From assembly GCA_040220235.1 (NCBI GenBank), contig JAVJTO010000123.1: a stretch of 64,000 bases of DNA. One strand, given 5' to 3'. This stretch comes from Coleofasciculus sp. B1-GNL1-01. Lineage in GTDB: Bacteria; Cyanobacteriota; Cyanobacteriia; Cyanobacteriales; Coleofasciculaceae. The notes below the pieces were generated by a model. The model did no database searches. It had not been told where the DNA came from and saw nothing but the letters and a program-made list of their open reading frames with translations. This document shows, in pieces, positions 51,918 through 63,100 of this stretch; within the stretch, counting starts at the first letter, position 1; the number at the start of each line of letters is the position of its first letter. Position numbers and translations under genes: made by a program.

Positions 51918-54900
51918 CTAATGGGATGGTATCTGCTGGGGAAATGCTATAGACTGGCTCTCTATTTGAATCTCAGTTGCAGCCACACCCGTTCGTTGAT
52001 TCAGTTCCTCCACCACAAAGTTAGGCACTCCACCTTGAGCCAGACAACAATCCCGCACCGCCAGCAGGAAGCCTTGAATCGCAGCGGGGGTTCCTTCCAC
52101 ATAGTCGGCTTTGTTTAAGAAATTGCGCCATTTTTGCTCATCGCTACCGTAAATATCAACTAAGTGCAAACCCGCTAAATATTCGGCGATGGGATCAACC
52201 GCAAAACGGATTTGGTCTTGAGCCGGACCAATAATTTGAATTAAACCTAGACGTTCTTTAAGATAATTGAGGTGTATTTCGGGTTCATCACCTCCTAGGG
52301 CATTGAGGGTATCTTGGCGTTTGGCTGGTGTGGGTCGATATTTGAGTCTTAGACATTCCCAAGCGATGATTTTGGCATCTTTCTGTACTGTACAGTTATC
52401 CAATGTATCGCTCACAACGTTTTGGTTGAGTTCATTCAAGTATGAAAGCATTAATTCAGGAATATTGTCGGGTAAATCCTGTTTACCTGTGCCTTCTTTA
52501 GCCGCAATCATCTGTTCAGCAAACAGCCTTGCCAGCAGCACTGTAATATTACGTTGTCCCACCATCAGAGAAAGTTGCCGACAGGCATCAAAGTATTCTG
52601 CATCGTCAAATAAATCCCGCTTACCCTGTTGAGTGAGGTAAGCTTCCATAAACGAGGAAAGGCGATTACCAGCAACTCGCATCGGTTGAATTTTTGTCTT
52701 GGTCACGCCACCCAGTTTTTCTGCAAATCGGGAGGTGACAATTAAACTGTTAATTGGGAAATCAGGCTGAGCCGGACAGATTGCACGGCGGGTGTCTTCG
52801 TTCATTTCTGAAAGATGATCCACAATCACCAAAATCCGCCGACGTCGTAGCAGACGTTCCAGGAGTTTATCGGGTATTTTTTCTTCGATGTCGATTAGGT
52901 CTTGCAACTGCCCATTAATGGTGTCTAACAGTAGGGATTGCGGTGATTTATCGGCGGCTTCAACATTGAGATCCTGTTCAATGAGTACAGGTAACATCTG
53001 GTGTTTGCACAGACGTTCGGTTTCATCCTCTGACATTGCCCAGCGAGCAATTTGACAGGCGAGGCTGGTTTTTCCGGCTCCTCCTTCTCCCCAGATGAGT
53101 AAGCAGTCTCGTTGTTTTTTAAAGGTGGAGCGTAATTCTTTACCGGTGAGATTGGGGAGGGTTTTACCATTGAGAGTAACGGGCATGGAAATATAGACTT
53201 GGCGGTTTTTGACGGTTTCTTTGTCCTGAAATTCAGCTTGAGCGGATTGGATATGTGCTTTGACCCAGGCATCTAGGACTCTGGGGTGATAATGAAAAAA
53301 CTGGATCATCAGAGCCGTGCGAAGCGATATCTTAAAACCGCCCAGGTTTGGGGGCAATTCGATAACATCGGTGTGTTTCAGGATTTGGTTGAGATTCAAC
53401 AACCACAAGGGGCGCAGCCAGAGGAGGATTGACCAAAGGGAGGGAACACAGATCAGGTAGACTATTACTCCCATTGCCCAGGGATTCTGGCGAATCAAAT
53501 TGGAAACGTGAGCGTTTTGTTGGTCTTTCAGGTCTGCGATCGCCCGACGTACAGCGTTAGTCTCTTCCTCTGAGAACTCCGTTTGATTGGCTTCCAGAAT
53601 CTTTAGGGCTTTCTCCAATTCAGATCTTGTAGACGCTAATTCTTTCGGAGATAGTGTGTTTACGTTGTCCTGAAGGCTATCAGCCATCAGCTTCAGAGCC
53701 GAAGCTGCATTGCTACGAATATCCTTATCTGGGTCTTCGAGCGCTGCTGTTAAGTCGGGGATTGTCTCTTTGGCATCAGCGCCGATGCGCCCTAGAGCAT
53801 AAACGGCAGAGCGACGCACCTGCACATCCTCATCGTTGTCTTTGAGAATTGCTCTTAACTCCGGAACAGTTTCTTTAGCCTCTGCACCGATTTTCCCTAA
53901 AGCACTAACCGCATTTGATCGCACATCTGTATCGGAGTCTTTGAGTGCTGCTTGCAAGTCGGGAACAGCGTCTTTGGCATCAGCACCGATACCTCCCAAA
54001 CCATAAGCGGCGCCGCCGCGCACGTACTTCTCTGAGTCTGTGAGAGCGGCTTGCAAGTCGGGGACAGCCTCTTTTGCCTTGGCACCAATTTCCCCCAAAG
54101 CATAAGCCGCATTTCCACGCACGTATTTATCGGAGTCTTTGAGAGCCGCTCTTAAGTCGGGGAAAGCTTCTTGAGCCTCAACACCAATGGTATACAAAGC
54201 TAAAGACGCACTTCTACGAACCTGTACTTCTTTGTCTTCTTTGAGCGCTACTCTCAATTGGGGAACCGCTTCTTTAGCGCCGATAGCTCCCAGCGCATCA
54301 GCCGCCCAGCTTCGCACCTGCGCCTCCTTATCCTCTTTGAGCGCTACTATCAAATCAGGAACCGCCTCTTTGGCATCATGACCGATCATTTCCAAAGCAT
54401 AAGCCGCACTTCTACGAATATCCTTGTCTGAGTCTTGAAGTGCCTGGATCAAATCAGGAACTACCTCTTTGGCATGACTGCCAATCCTTCCCAGAGCCCA
54501 AGCTGCATTGCGACGCACATCCTTGTCGGAGTCTTGAAGTGCTGCCCTCAAATCAGGAACCGCCTCCTTGGCATCAGCACCAATGCCCCCCAGCCCATCA
54601 GCGGCACTGCTGCGTACTCGTGCATCTGTATCTTGGAGTGCCTGGATCAAATCGGGAACCGCGTCTTTTGCATCATGACCGATATTGCCCAGTGCTGAAG
54701 CGGCACTGCTGCGTACTCGTGCATCTGTATCTTGGAGGGTTTCTATCAAATCGGGAATAGCATCTTGAGCGTCATGACCGATACTCCCCAGCGCATCAGC
54801 GGCACTGCTGCGAACTCGTGGCTCTGGGTCTTTAAGCACTACGATTAAGTCAGGAACAGCATCTTGAGCCTGAGAACCGATATTCCCTAACCCATTCGCG

Positions 54901-55526
54901 GCACTCCAACGGACTTGCTCTTTGTCTGATTTTAACCCTTCGAGTAGATCCGGGATAGCTGCTTTTCCAATTCTTCCCAGGGCATTAACGGCACCTTGAC
55001 GAACTTGCAAATTCTCTGACTGTAAGGCTTCAATGAGTTGGGGGATAGCGGGTGAACCCAGTTTTCTTAACGCATCAACAGCGTCCTCAACTAGAAATTC
55101 ATCCGCTTTTTTTAAGTTTTCAATTTCTGATGCAATTTCCGCCTTTGTGGGTTCTTGCGCCCAAGTATTACGGGTTACTCCGAATAGGGGAATAAGACAG
55201 AGAATAGTCGTTGCGATCGCGAGTTGGGTTGTCCAGGCTTTTTTTCCACTGAAACACCATCCTTGGTTCGACTGAAGCCTTGCTGGTAATGATATCTGAT
55301 TTTGTGGGGGGCTCTCATGATTACTAGTGCAAGAAGGCAGAAATAACTGAACAGCTAATATCTCCCCCTGCTTCCCCTGCTTCCCCTGCTTCATTGTATC
55401 TACGAAGCTGCTCAAGTATTTCCGCAGCGCTGCACTAGGGGTGTCGCTGACAACCAAGCGATGAGATTTGGCTAGGGAGGGATTGGGTGTAATCCCTGAA
55501 GCATGAAGTCGTTTTGAGTTTTCCAT
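51918..55526 (-). CDS. HEAT/PBS-lyase repeat protein + TM helix + C-terminal NACHT-like NTPase
   Basis: Signal-like LAIATTILCLIPLFG…WAQ. About 14 VRxxAAxALGxIG repeats. TM WAMGVIVYLICVPSLWSILLWL. WGEGGAGKTS and LVIVDHLSE. True start uncertain. Confidence 0.85.
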   Translation of the reverse strand: MENSKRLHASGITPNPSLAKSHRLVVSDTPSAALRKYLSSFVDTMKQGKQGKQGEILAVQLFLPSCTSNHESPPQNQISLPARLQSNQGWCFSGKKAWTTQLAIATTILCLIPLFGVTRNTWAQEPTKAEIASEIENLKKADEFLVEDAVDALRKLGSPAIPQLIEALQSENLQVRQGAVNALGRIGKAAIPDLLEGLKSDKEQVRWSAANGLGNIGSQAQDAVPDLIVVLKDPEPRVRSSAADALGSIGHDAQDAIPDLIETLQDTDARVRSSAASALGNIGHDAKDAVPDLIQALQDTDARVRSSAADGLGGIGADAKEAVPDLRAALQDSDKDVRRNAAWALGRIGSHAKEVVPDLIQALQDSDKDIRRSAAYALEMIGHDAKEAVPDLIVALKEDKEAQVRSWAADALGAIGAKEAVPQLRVALKEDKEVQVRRSASLALYTIGVEAQEAFPDLRAALKDSDKYVRGNAAYALGEIGAKAKEAVPDLQAALTDSEKYVRGGAAYGLGGIGADAKDAVPDLQAALKDSDTDVRSNAVSALGKIGAEAKETVPELRAILKDNDEDVQVRRSAVYALGRIGADAKETIPDLTAALEDPDKDIRSNAASALKLMADSLQDNVNTLSPKELASTRSELEKALKILEANQTEFSEEETNAVRRAIADLKDQQNAHVSNLIRQNPWAMGVIVYLICVPSLWSILLWLRPLWLLNLNQILKHTDVIELPPNLGGFKISLRTALMIQFFHYHPRVLDAWVKAHIQSAQAEFQDKETVKNRQVYISMPVTLNGKTLPNLTGKELRSTFKKQRDCLLIWGEGGAGKTSLACQIARWAMSEDETERLCKHQMLPVLIEQDLNVEAADKSPQSLLLDTINGQLQDLIDIEEKIPDKLLERLLRRRRILVIVDHLSEMNEDTRRAICPAQPDFPINSLIVTSRFAEKLGGVTKTKIQPMRVAGNRLSSFMEAYLTQQGKRDLFDDAEYFDACRQLSLMVGQRNITVLLARLFAEQMIAAKEGTGKQDLPDNIPELMLSYLNELNQNVVSDTLDNCTVQKDAKIIAWECLRLKYRPTPAKRQDTLNALGGDEPEIHLNYLKERLGLIQIIGPAQDQIRFAVDPIAEYLAGLHLVDIYGSDEQKWRNFLNKADYVEGTPAAIQGFLLAVRDCCLAQGGVPNFVVEELNQRTGVAATEIQIESQSIAFPQQIPSH

Positions 55527-55569
55527 GGTAGAGCAATGAATTAAGGGTAAACTATTGAACGTCTAAAAC

Positions 55570-56028
55570 CTAATCAGAAGTAAGTTGATAGGGTTTGCCA
55601 TGGGATTGATGCGCTTTTCTCCAGGCTTGGGGTGGTATGCCGTTAAGTTGGCGAAACTGTCGAATAAAATAGCTAGTATCGAAATAGCCCACAGCTTCTG
55701 CGATCGCTTGCACGGATTGACTGGTGACGAGAAGTAAGCGACGGGCTTCTGCCATGCGGCGCTTGATAATCCAGCGACATACCGACTGTCCCGTCTGGCG
55801 TCGCACTAAGTCGGTTAAGTAAGCGGGAGAGTAACCCACGGCTTGGGCGACATCGCGCAGGCTAATTTGTTGGTGATAATTCGCTTCGATAAAGTTAAAG
55901 CATTCACTGAGTTTGGGAATGGAGGGAAAGACAACTGAATGGTTGGTTGATGAAGGGGTGTGTGCCGTAAATTCTCTAACAATAGTTCGGGTTTGGGTAT
56001 CATTTTCAATGATTAGAATGGTTTTCAT
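55570..56028 (-). CDS. AraC-family regulator with a vestigial receiver N-terminus
   Basis: MKTILIIENDTQTR (receiver beta1-alpha1 only). FIEANYHQQISLRDVAQAVGYSPAYLT…IAEAVGYFDTSYFIRQFR…GIPPQAWR. Confidence 0.9.
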   Translation of the reverse strand: MKTILIIENDTQTRTIVREFTAHTPSSTNHSVVFPSIPKLSECFNFIEANYHQQISLRDVAQAVGYSPAYLTDLVRRQTGQSVCRWIIKRRMAEARRLLLVTSQSVQAIAEAVGYFDTSYFIRQFRQLNGIPPQAWRKAHQSHGKPYQLTSD

Positions 56029-56093
56029 TAGAAACCTGATCCTGTTCTTTAATTTGAAGTCTAGGACGATTTAAATTGGGAATGGGTAGCAGC

Positions 56094-56200
56094 TATAGCA
56101 ACCGCCATAGCGGTTAGGACACATCCGGATCGTAGAGACGTTCCGCCGGAACGTCTGGAACAACAGTTCGCTTGTCCTAATCGATGTGTCTACTGCTATA
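56094..56200. mobile_element. ~107-bp MITE, inverted copy of 51780..51885
   Basis: TATAGCAACCGCCATAG…GATGTGTCTACTGCTATA is the near-exact reverse complement of 51780..51885. Confidence 0.8.
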
Positions 56201-56461
56201 TCATCGAGATGATGCGCGACTTTGAACCCCTTGTTTTGGTTTAGGGTTGAAGGGTAAAGGCGTGGGTTTTAAGCCCCAGACAGGGCTGATATAAGAAATG
56301 CTGCGATACTTAAGTTGTCGAAATCCTGCCACGGAAAGGGCGTTTTTCAGGATAGATTTGTGCCAAGGCTTCCCTCGATAATTGCCAATTGTTGCGGATT
56401 CAGTGCTAGGAATTGCAGTGGGATTTTTCTGGTAAGGAACGCCACGATAACAGAGTTGCAT
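56201..56461 (-). CDS. DUF4278-domain small protein
   Basis: MQLCYRGVPY…GNYRGKPW…LKYRSISY. AGGAG RBS. No IF7-like tail. Confidence 0.82.
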   Translation of the reverse strand: MQLCYRGVPYQKNPTAIPSTESATIGNYRGKPWHKSILKNALSVAGFRQLKYRSISYISPVWGLKPTPLPFNPKPKQGVQSRASSR

Positions 56462-56498
56462 TGGCTTGGTTTCTCCTGGGAATGGCTAAAAATTTGCT

Positions 56499-56620
56499 CT
56501 TTAATTAATACGATACGGAAAGAAACGAAGCGATGCATTCACTGTTTCTGCCAAGTTGATGGTAAGAATTAGACAACATTATGGCGCAATCCTGTCACCG
56601 CCCTTGCCGAAAACTGCAAA
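56499..56620 (-). promoter_or_regulatory. Shared 122-bp upstream element, before DUF4278-araC-HEAT/NTPase
   Basis: Ungapped, high-similarity match to 51011..51132. Confidence 0.85.
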
Positions 56621-57171
56621 TTAATACGCCAAACCTCTATTTGTAGGGTGTGTTAGCGCAGCGTAACGCACCTTGAACACTAGGTTTGAGGAAGGAGCGA
56701 TCGCAAGTATTAATGTTTGGAGAGGTTGGGCAGTTAAAAATTGGGCAAGGATGTTTGTGGCGGTGCAATCAGGGTGGGTTGGATTATACAAATACACATA
56801 AGATGTAGGGGCGCACCGACGTGCGCCCTCATCTTATTGGGGAATACCATAATGTGATAAATTGTGATTGGATAAATTTACCTATCCCCCTAATTTAACC
56901 TCTGGTGAAATTTAGCCGGAGATAGATAAATCGGGCACGGCTTAGGGATAATTGATTCGGTAGGGGCACGATAGTATCGTGCCCTGATCTAGTTCTCTTC
57001 AGGGGGTATTTATTTGCTATGACACAGCCAAAATTGTGGAACAGATTTGACCATTGAATCGGGCGCACGGGGCGTGTTGGGCGCACGTCGGTGTGTCGGG
57101 CGCACGTCGGTGCGCCCCTACGGTTTCGGAATTCCTCAAATCAGGTGTGCCGAACTACTACCCTTTTACCG

Positions 57172-60100
57172 TTACTCCCCACATAAACGACCCATGATTA
57201 ATTCCCCATTGGCTAATCGATATATCCCCGTGGGCTCGATAATTGGATCACCGATTTTCCAAGGGCGACGAGTTGAGGAAGATTCTTCCCCAGCTTCCCC
57301 ATCTCCCTGACTGGGAATTGACCGCACGGTTCCGGTCTGATACGGTGTAACATAAAGATCCCCAGGACGAAACGGGATACCCCCCGTACCCGTAATAAAG
57401 AAGCTACCCCGTTTTGGTTCATGACGACGGGCGATGCAACTTTCGGCAATTAGTTTGTCGGTATCGATTTGATTATTCGATAAGGGGGTGAGGCTGTTGC
57501 GAACTGCGCTGGTGTCGGGTAGGGTAATCACGCCTTCTACTGCACCTGTAGCATTGATATCCACTCGACCATTATGATCCAGGGTATCAGGATCAGTGCC
57601 TTTGGGGGCAGGAGCATAGGCAAAACCGAAGAAGACGGGAGTATTGAAGGTGATATCGCCCCCTTTGCCATCTTGGGCGAATGCCAGGATATCGCTATCG
57701 GCAAATGCCAGGATGGTGTCGGCGGTTAGGGTAATATTACCGCCACCGCCAACACCAGAGGCGACATCGGTTCTGATGTCACTGTCCCCAAATAGGCGGA
57801 TGTCAGAAGCGGTGATGGTAATCGCACCGCCTGCGGATTGAGTTGCGGAGGTTTCAATTGAGCCATTGTTGGCACTGAGTTGTCCAGTGTCTACTGTGAT
57901 AGTACCCGCCGGGGCTGCACCTGTGGATTGGGCGAGTATACGGGCTTGGTTGGTGAGGGTGAAGGATTCGCTGGCGTTGATGGTGAGATTACCGCCTAAG
58001 CCTTGGGGGTTGGGGGAGGCGGTGGAAGCGGATATCGTTGCGCCGTCGGTGATGGTGAGATTTTGGGTGTCAATGGTGAGGTTTCCGGCGGCACCATCGC
58101 CTGTGGTTTCTACGGAGAGTTGTCCTTGTCCGCGAATGGTGATAGATTCGGGTGCGGTGACGCTTAAGCTTCCCCCTTCACCGCTACCGGAAGTGGCGGC
58201 AGAGATTTTGGCGTTATCTTGAAGGTTAATGGTTAAATTCTGTCCATTGGCAAAGGGTTGCAGGGTTAATGCACCAGCGGGGGCGACGCCTTCGGTTTCG
58301 GCTAATAAGCCTATTTCTGTGCCTTTGAGGTTGATTTGAGAAGCGTTGACATCGATACTACCACCTTCTCCTAAGCTGGTGGCAGTGGCGCTGGTGGTGA
58401 TGGAACCGTTATCGGCGGTTAGTTGTTCGGTGTTTATGGTGACGTTGCCAGCTTTGGCTGCACCTGTTGATTGGGCGAGTAAACTGGCTTGATTGGTGAG
58501 GTGGAAGGATTCGGTGGCGTTGATGGTGATGTTACCACCGACGCCGGAGGGATTGGCGGAGGAGGTGGAGGCGGAGATAGAGGCGCTATCAGATATGTTG
58601 AGCCGCTGTGTGTCAATGGATAGGTTGCCAGCAGCGCCATCACCCGTGGTTTCTACCGAAAGTTGACCATTACCGCGAATTGTTACCGCTTCGGGTGCGG
58701 TGACAGTTAAGTTTCCTCCCTTGCCACTACCGGAAGTGGAAGCAGAGATTTGAGCGTTATCGGTTAAGTTGAAGTTGGTTGTGACAATTTCTATATTGCC
58801 GCCGTTGCCAGTGGAGTCAATTTCTGTATTGGCAAATAATCCACTATTAGGTCCTGTTTCTGTGATACCGTTAGCAACAAACGGATCGATGGGGTTGGGA
58901 AATTTGGCAATGCGGTTGGCGTAATTCGGGTCACTACCAGATATAGTTATCTGGTCTGTTGCATTAACAAATATATCGCCGGCTTGTCCTTGACCAAATG
59001 TTGTTGTTATTAGCTGTCCGCCACCCGTCGCCTCAAATGTACTGCCGACATTCACTGTGATATCGCCTCCCTGCCCATCCCCTTTGCTGCGGGCACTTAA
59101 AGCGGCTCCATCTGCAATTCGGAATGTTTGAGTGTCAATAACAATATCGCCAGCGTCAAAAGTGGTATCGGTGCTGGTAAATAACCCACTGGGCAATCCA
59201 CTACTGGGAACACTACCTAAGATATCGACAACATCAGCATTGACATAAATATTGCCTGCATCTCCCTGTCCCTGAGTACTGTTTTTGATAATAGCGCCAT
59301 CTGTCAGAATTAGAGAACCAGCCCTGATATTCAGGTCTCCACCAGAACCTGTTCCACCCGTGAGTACACCTAGAGTAATTCTGGTTGATTCCCCAGTTGG
59401 GGCAGTCTCTCCACCAGTGAGCGAGAGTGTACCTTTGACATTTAAGTTGATATCTCCCCCCCGTCCTTCTCCACCTGGATTTACATCCCCAATAAGTGCG
59501 GCATTTGAACTCAAGGAGAGCTGATCGGCTTCGATACTGATGCTGCCCCCATTCCCCCGTCCAGAGGTGGCGATAAACAGTTCAGCATCATTAGTTAACG
59601 AAAGCGACCTTGCGGTGATGTTGATGTCGCCACCTTGACCCACTGCTCCCTGTGCTACGCTGCTAAACACCTTACCATCATCAAAGGAGACAGTATGACG
59701 GGCATTGATATTCACGCTACCTGCATTCCCTTGCCCAAAAGTGGGGGCGGATAAGGAAGCACCAGTGTTTACAGACAGCGATCCAGTGGTGATGTTAATG
59801 CTGCCACCATCACCCTCTCCTTGTGTGTTGACTTGGCTGAATATATTACTGTCTTTATCAATAATAACCGTATCGTAGGCAACAATATTTACGCTGCCTG
59901 CATCCCCCTGTCCAAACGTTGTAGCACTTAGCCTAGAATTATTACTAATAAAGATCGATTGCCCTTCAAGATTAATGTCTCCCCCTTTACCTGCTCCAAA
60001 GGTTCTACTTCTGATCGTGTGATTGTTCTCAACCCGGACTACTCCATTCTCACTAACAATAGTTATATCTCCGCCACGAGCCAATGGATCAGACGAATAA

Positions 60101-63100
60101 ATAGTAGAGATAATTTCTCCGGGAATAATGTCACCAAAGGCATCAAGTTGAATATCTCCCGCGTTGCCACTTCTGGAATCAGTTGCCAAATCTCCCTCAG
60201 TAGTGTCTATTGTTCCATTTGTACTGGTAAGGTGGATAAGTGAGCCATTGCCCGATTCGGCACTCGAGTTTAAGGTAGCCGTGCGAATATCACCTCTAGC
60301 CGTGAAAATAATGGTTCCGGCATTACCTGTGCCACCTGAATTATCCCGAATTTGAGAGGTGACATTCCCCCCAGTGGTGTCAATCTCTCCCGCCGTGCTA
60401 GTGAGGGTGATGTTTCCACCATTGCCTGCACCCTCTGTCTGAGAATCTATCTCACCCGTTGTGATGTTACCGTTGGCAAACAAGGTGATCAACCCACCAT
60501 TTCCGGCACTACCAGAACCAGAGTTCGCGGCAGATAAGAGATTGCCCGTGTTAATGCTGCCGTTGGTGGCGCTAATATTAATCGCGCCTCCATTTGCGGC
60601 ACTCTCAGAATCCGAGCGTGAGTCAGAACTCAAGTTGCGCGTGTTAATGCTACCGTTCGTGGTATTCAGGGTAATCGCCCCCCCATTCCCGGCATCGCCC
60701 GAATTAGAGCGTGAATCAGACCACAAGTTGCGCGTGTTAATGCTGCCGTTGGCTGTGACGAGACTAATTGTGCCTCCATTTGCTGCTGTTCCCCCATCAT
60801 CAGAGACCGAGTTAGCGTATGCATCATCATCGATAGTGATATCATTAGCGGCACTGAGATTAATATTTCCCCCATTTGCTGCATTACCCGAACTAGACCA
60901 CGAGTCAGATAACAACAAACCTCTGATATTAATTCCATCGCCGCTTTCAATGCGAATATTCCCCGCATTTCCTGTATTGCCAGAAGAAACAGAACGAGCT
61001 CTAGAATTTAAGGTATTTGTGGAAATGTTACCGTTAGTGGCACTGAGGCTAATATCTCCCCCATTCCCGGCATTGCCCGAATCAGACCACGAGTAAGAAT
61101 CTAAACCACCAGTGATAGTGATATCGTTAGCGGCACTGAGGCGAATATCTCCCCCATTCCCGGCATTGCCATCTACAGACTGCGAGTAAGAGAACAAATT
61201 CCCAGTAATATTGATGCCGTTTGCGGCAGTTAGACTAATTGCACCACCATTGTCTGTATTATTGGATAAAAAAGAGTACGAGTGCGAGTACAAATAACCA
61301 GTAGAAATGCCGCCCTTAGCGGCACTCAAGGTAATCGCGCCACCCTGACCCGCACGACCTGAATTAGAGCGAGAGACAGATTCCAAGTTACCCGTGTTAA
61401 TGCTGCCGTTCGTGGTATTCAGGGTAATTGCGCCACCCTTTTCTGTATTGCCAGAATCAGGAGAGAACGAGTAAGAGAACAAATTCCCGGTAATATTAAT
61501 GTCATTAGCGGCATTCAAGGTAATCGCACCCCCATCTCCAGCATTGCCCGAATTAGAGCGCGAGTAAGAGAGCAAATTCCCAGTAATATTGATGCCGTTA
61601 GTGGCACTGAGGCGAATATCTCCCCCATTCCCAGCATTGCTATCTACAGACCGTGAGTAAGAATCTAAACCACCAGTGATAGTGATATCGTTAGCGGCAC
61701 TGAGGTTAATATCTCCCCCATTTCTGGCATTACCCGAATTAGAGAGAGAGACAGAATTTAAACTGCGTGTGTTAATGCTGCCGTTCGTGGTATTCAGGGT
61801 AATTGCGCCACCCTTTTCTGTATTGCCAGAATCAGGAGACCACGAGTAAGAGAACAAATTTCCGGTAATATTAATGTCATTAGCGGCAGTTAAGCTAATC
61901 GCCCCCCCATTCCCGGCATCGCCCGAATTAGAGCGAGAGGAAGAGAACAAATTCCCAGTAATATTGATGCCGTTAGCGGCACTGAGGCTAATAGCTCCCC
62001 CATTTCCGGTAGTGCCCTGATTAGAGGAGTATGAATACAAAAAGCCATTGATGTTGATATCATCAGTAGCTTCCAGGCTAATATCACCCCCATTTCCTGC
62101 ACTACCAGCAGAATAAGAACGTGAGTTAGATGCTAAAAAACCAGTGGAAACGCTGCCATTGTTGGCTTCAAGGCGAATTGTTCCTCCATTTCCGGCGATG
62201 CCAGTATCAGAGTATGAGGAAGAATTCAAATTCCCCGTGGTAATACTGCCGTTGGCAGCTTCCAGACTAATCACGCCCCCGTTTCCTGCATTCCCAGAAT
62301 TAGACCACGAGTCAGAAAACAAACCCTCGGTATCAATGCTGCCGTTAGTGGCACTAAGGCGAATATCTCCCCCATTTCCTGTATTGCCAAAAGAAACCGA
62401 ACGAGATCTGGAGTTCAAGATATTTGTGGAAATGTTACCGTTAGCGGCACTCAAGGTAATCGCACCCCCATCCCCAGCATCGCCATCTACAGACCGTGAG
62501 TAAGAATCTAAACCACCAGTGATAGTGATATCGTTAGTGGCACTGAGGTTAATATTTCCCCCATTTCCGGCATTACCCGAATTAGAGTACGAGTAAGATA
62601 ACAAACCACCAGTGATAGTGATATCGTTAGCGGCACTGAGGCGAATATCTCCTCCATCCTCAGCGTTACCAGCCTTTTCTGAACGTGAGTCAGAGATTAA
62701 AGAGCCACTGTCAATACTGCCATTGGCGGCACTGAGGCTAATATCTCCCCCATTTCCTGCATTACCTAAGGGAGAGAACGAGTAAGAAAACAAATCGCCA
62801 GTTTTAATACTACCGTTGGCGGCGATGCTAATTGCACCCCCTTGGGCATCATTGTCAAAGTTAGAGACTTGTTGTCCATTGGTGCTAATGAGTTGGGTAT
62901 TCACATCCCCCGATGCCGCTTCCAGATCAACTATCCCCCCAACCCCATTAAACGGCTGTAAGACAACATCTCCACCAATCGTAATTCCCTCTGGCACATC
63001 TGTCGTACTATAATCAGGTGCTGGAACCGAATTAACCCCCCCATAAGCCAAAGTATCCTGCCCCGATCGCATAATTAAAGCTGTACGTGTACTCAGTGTT

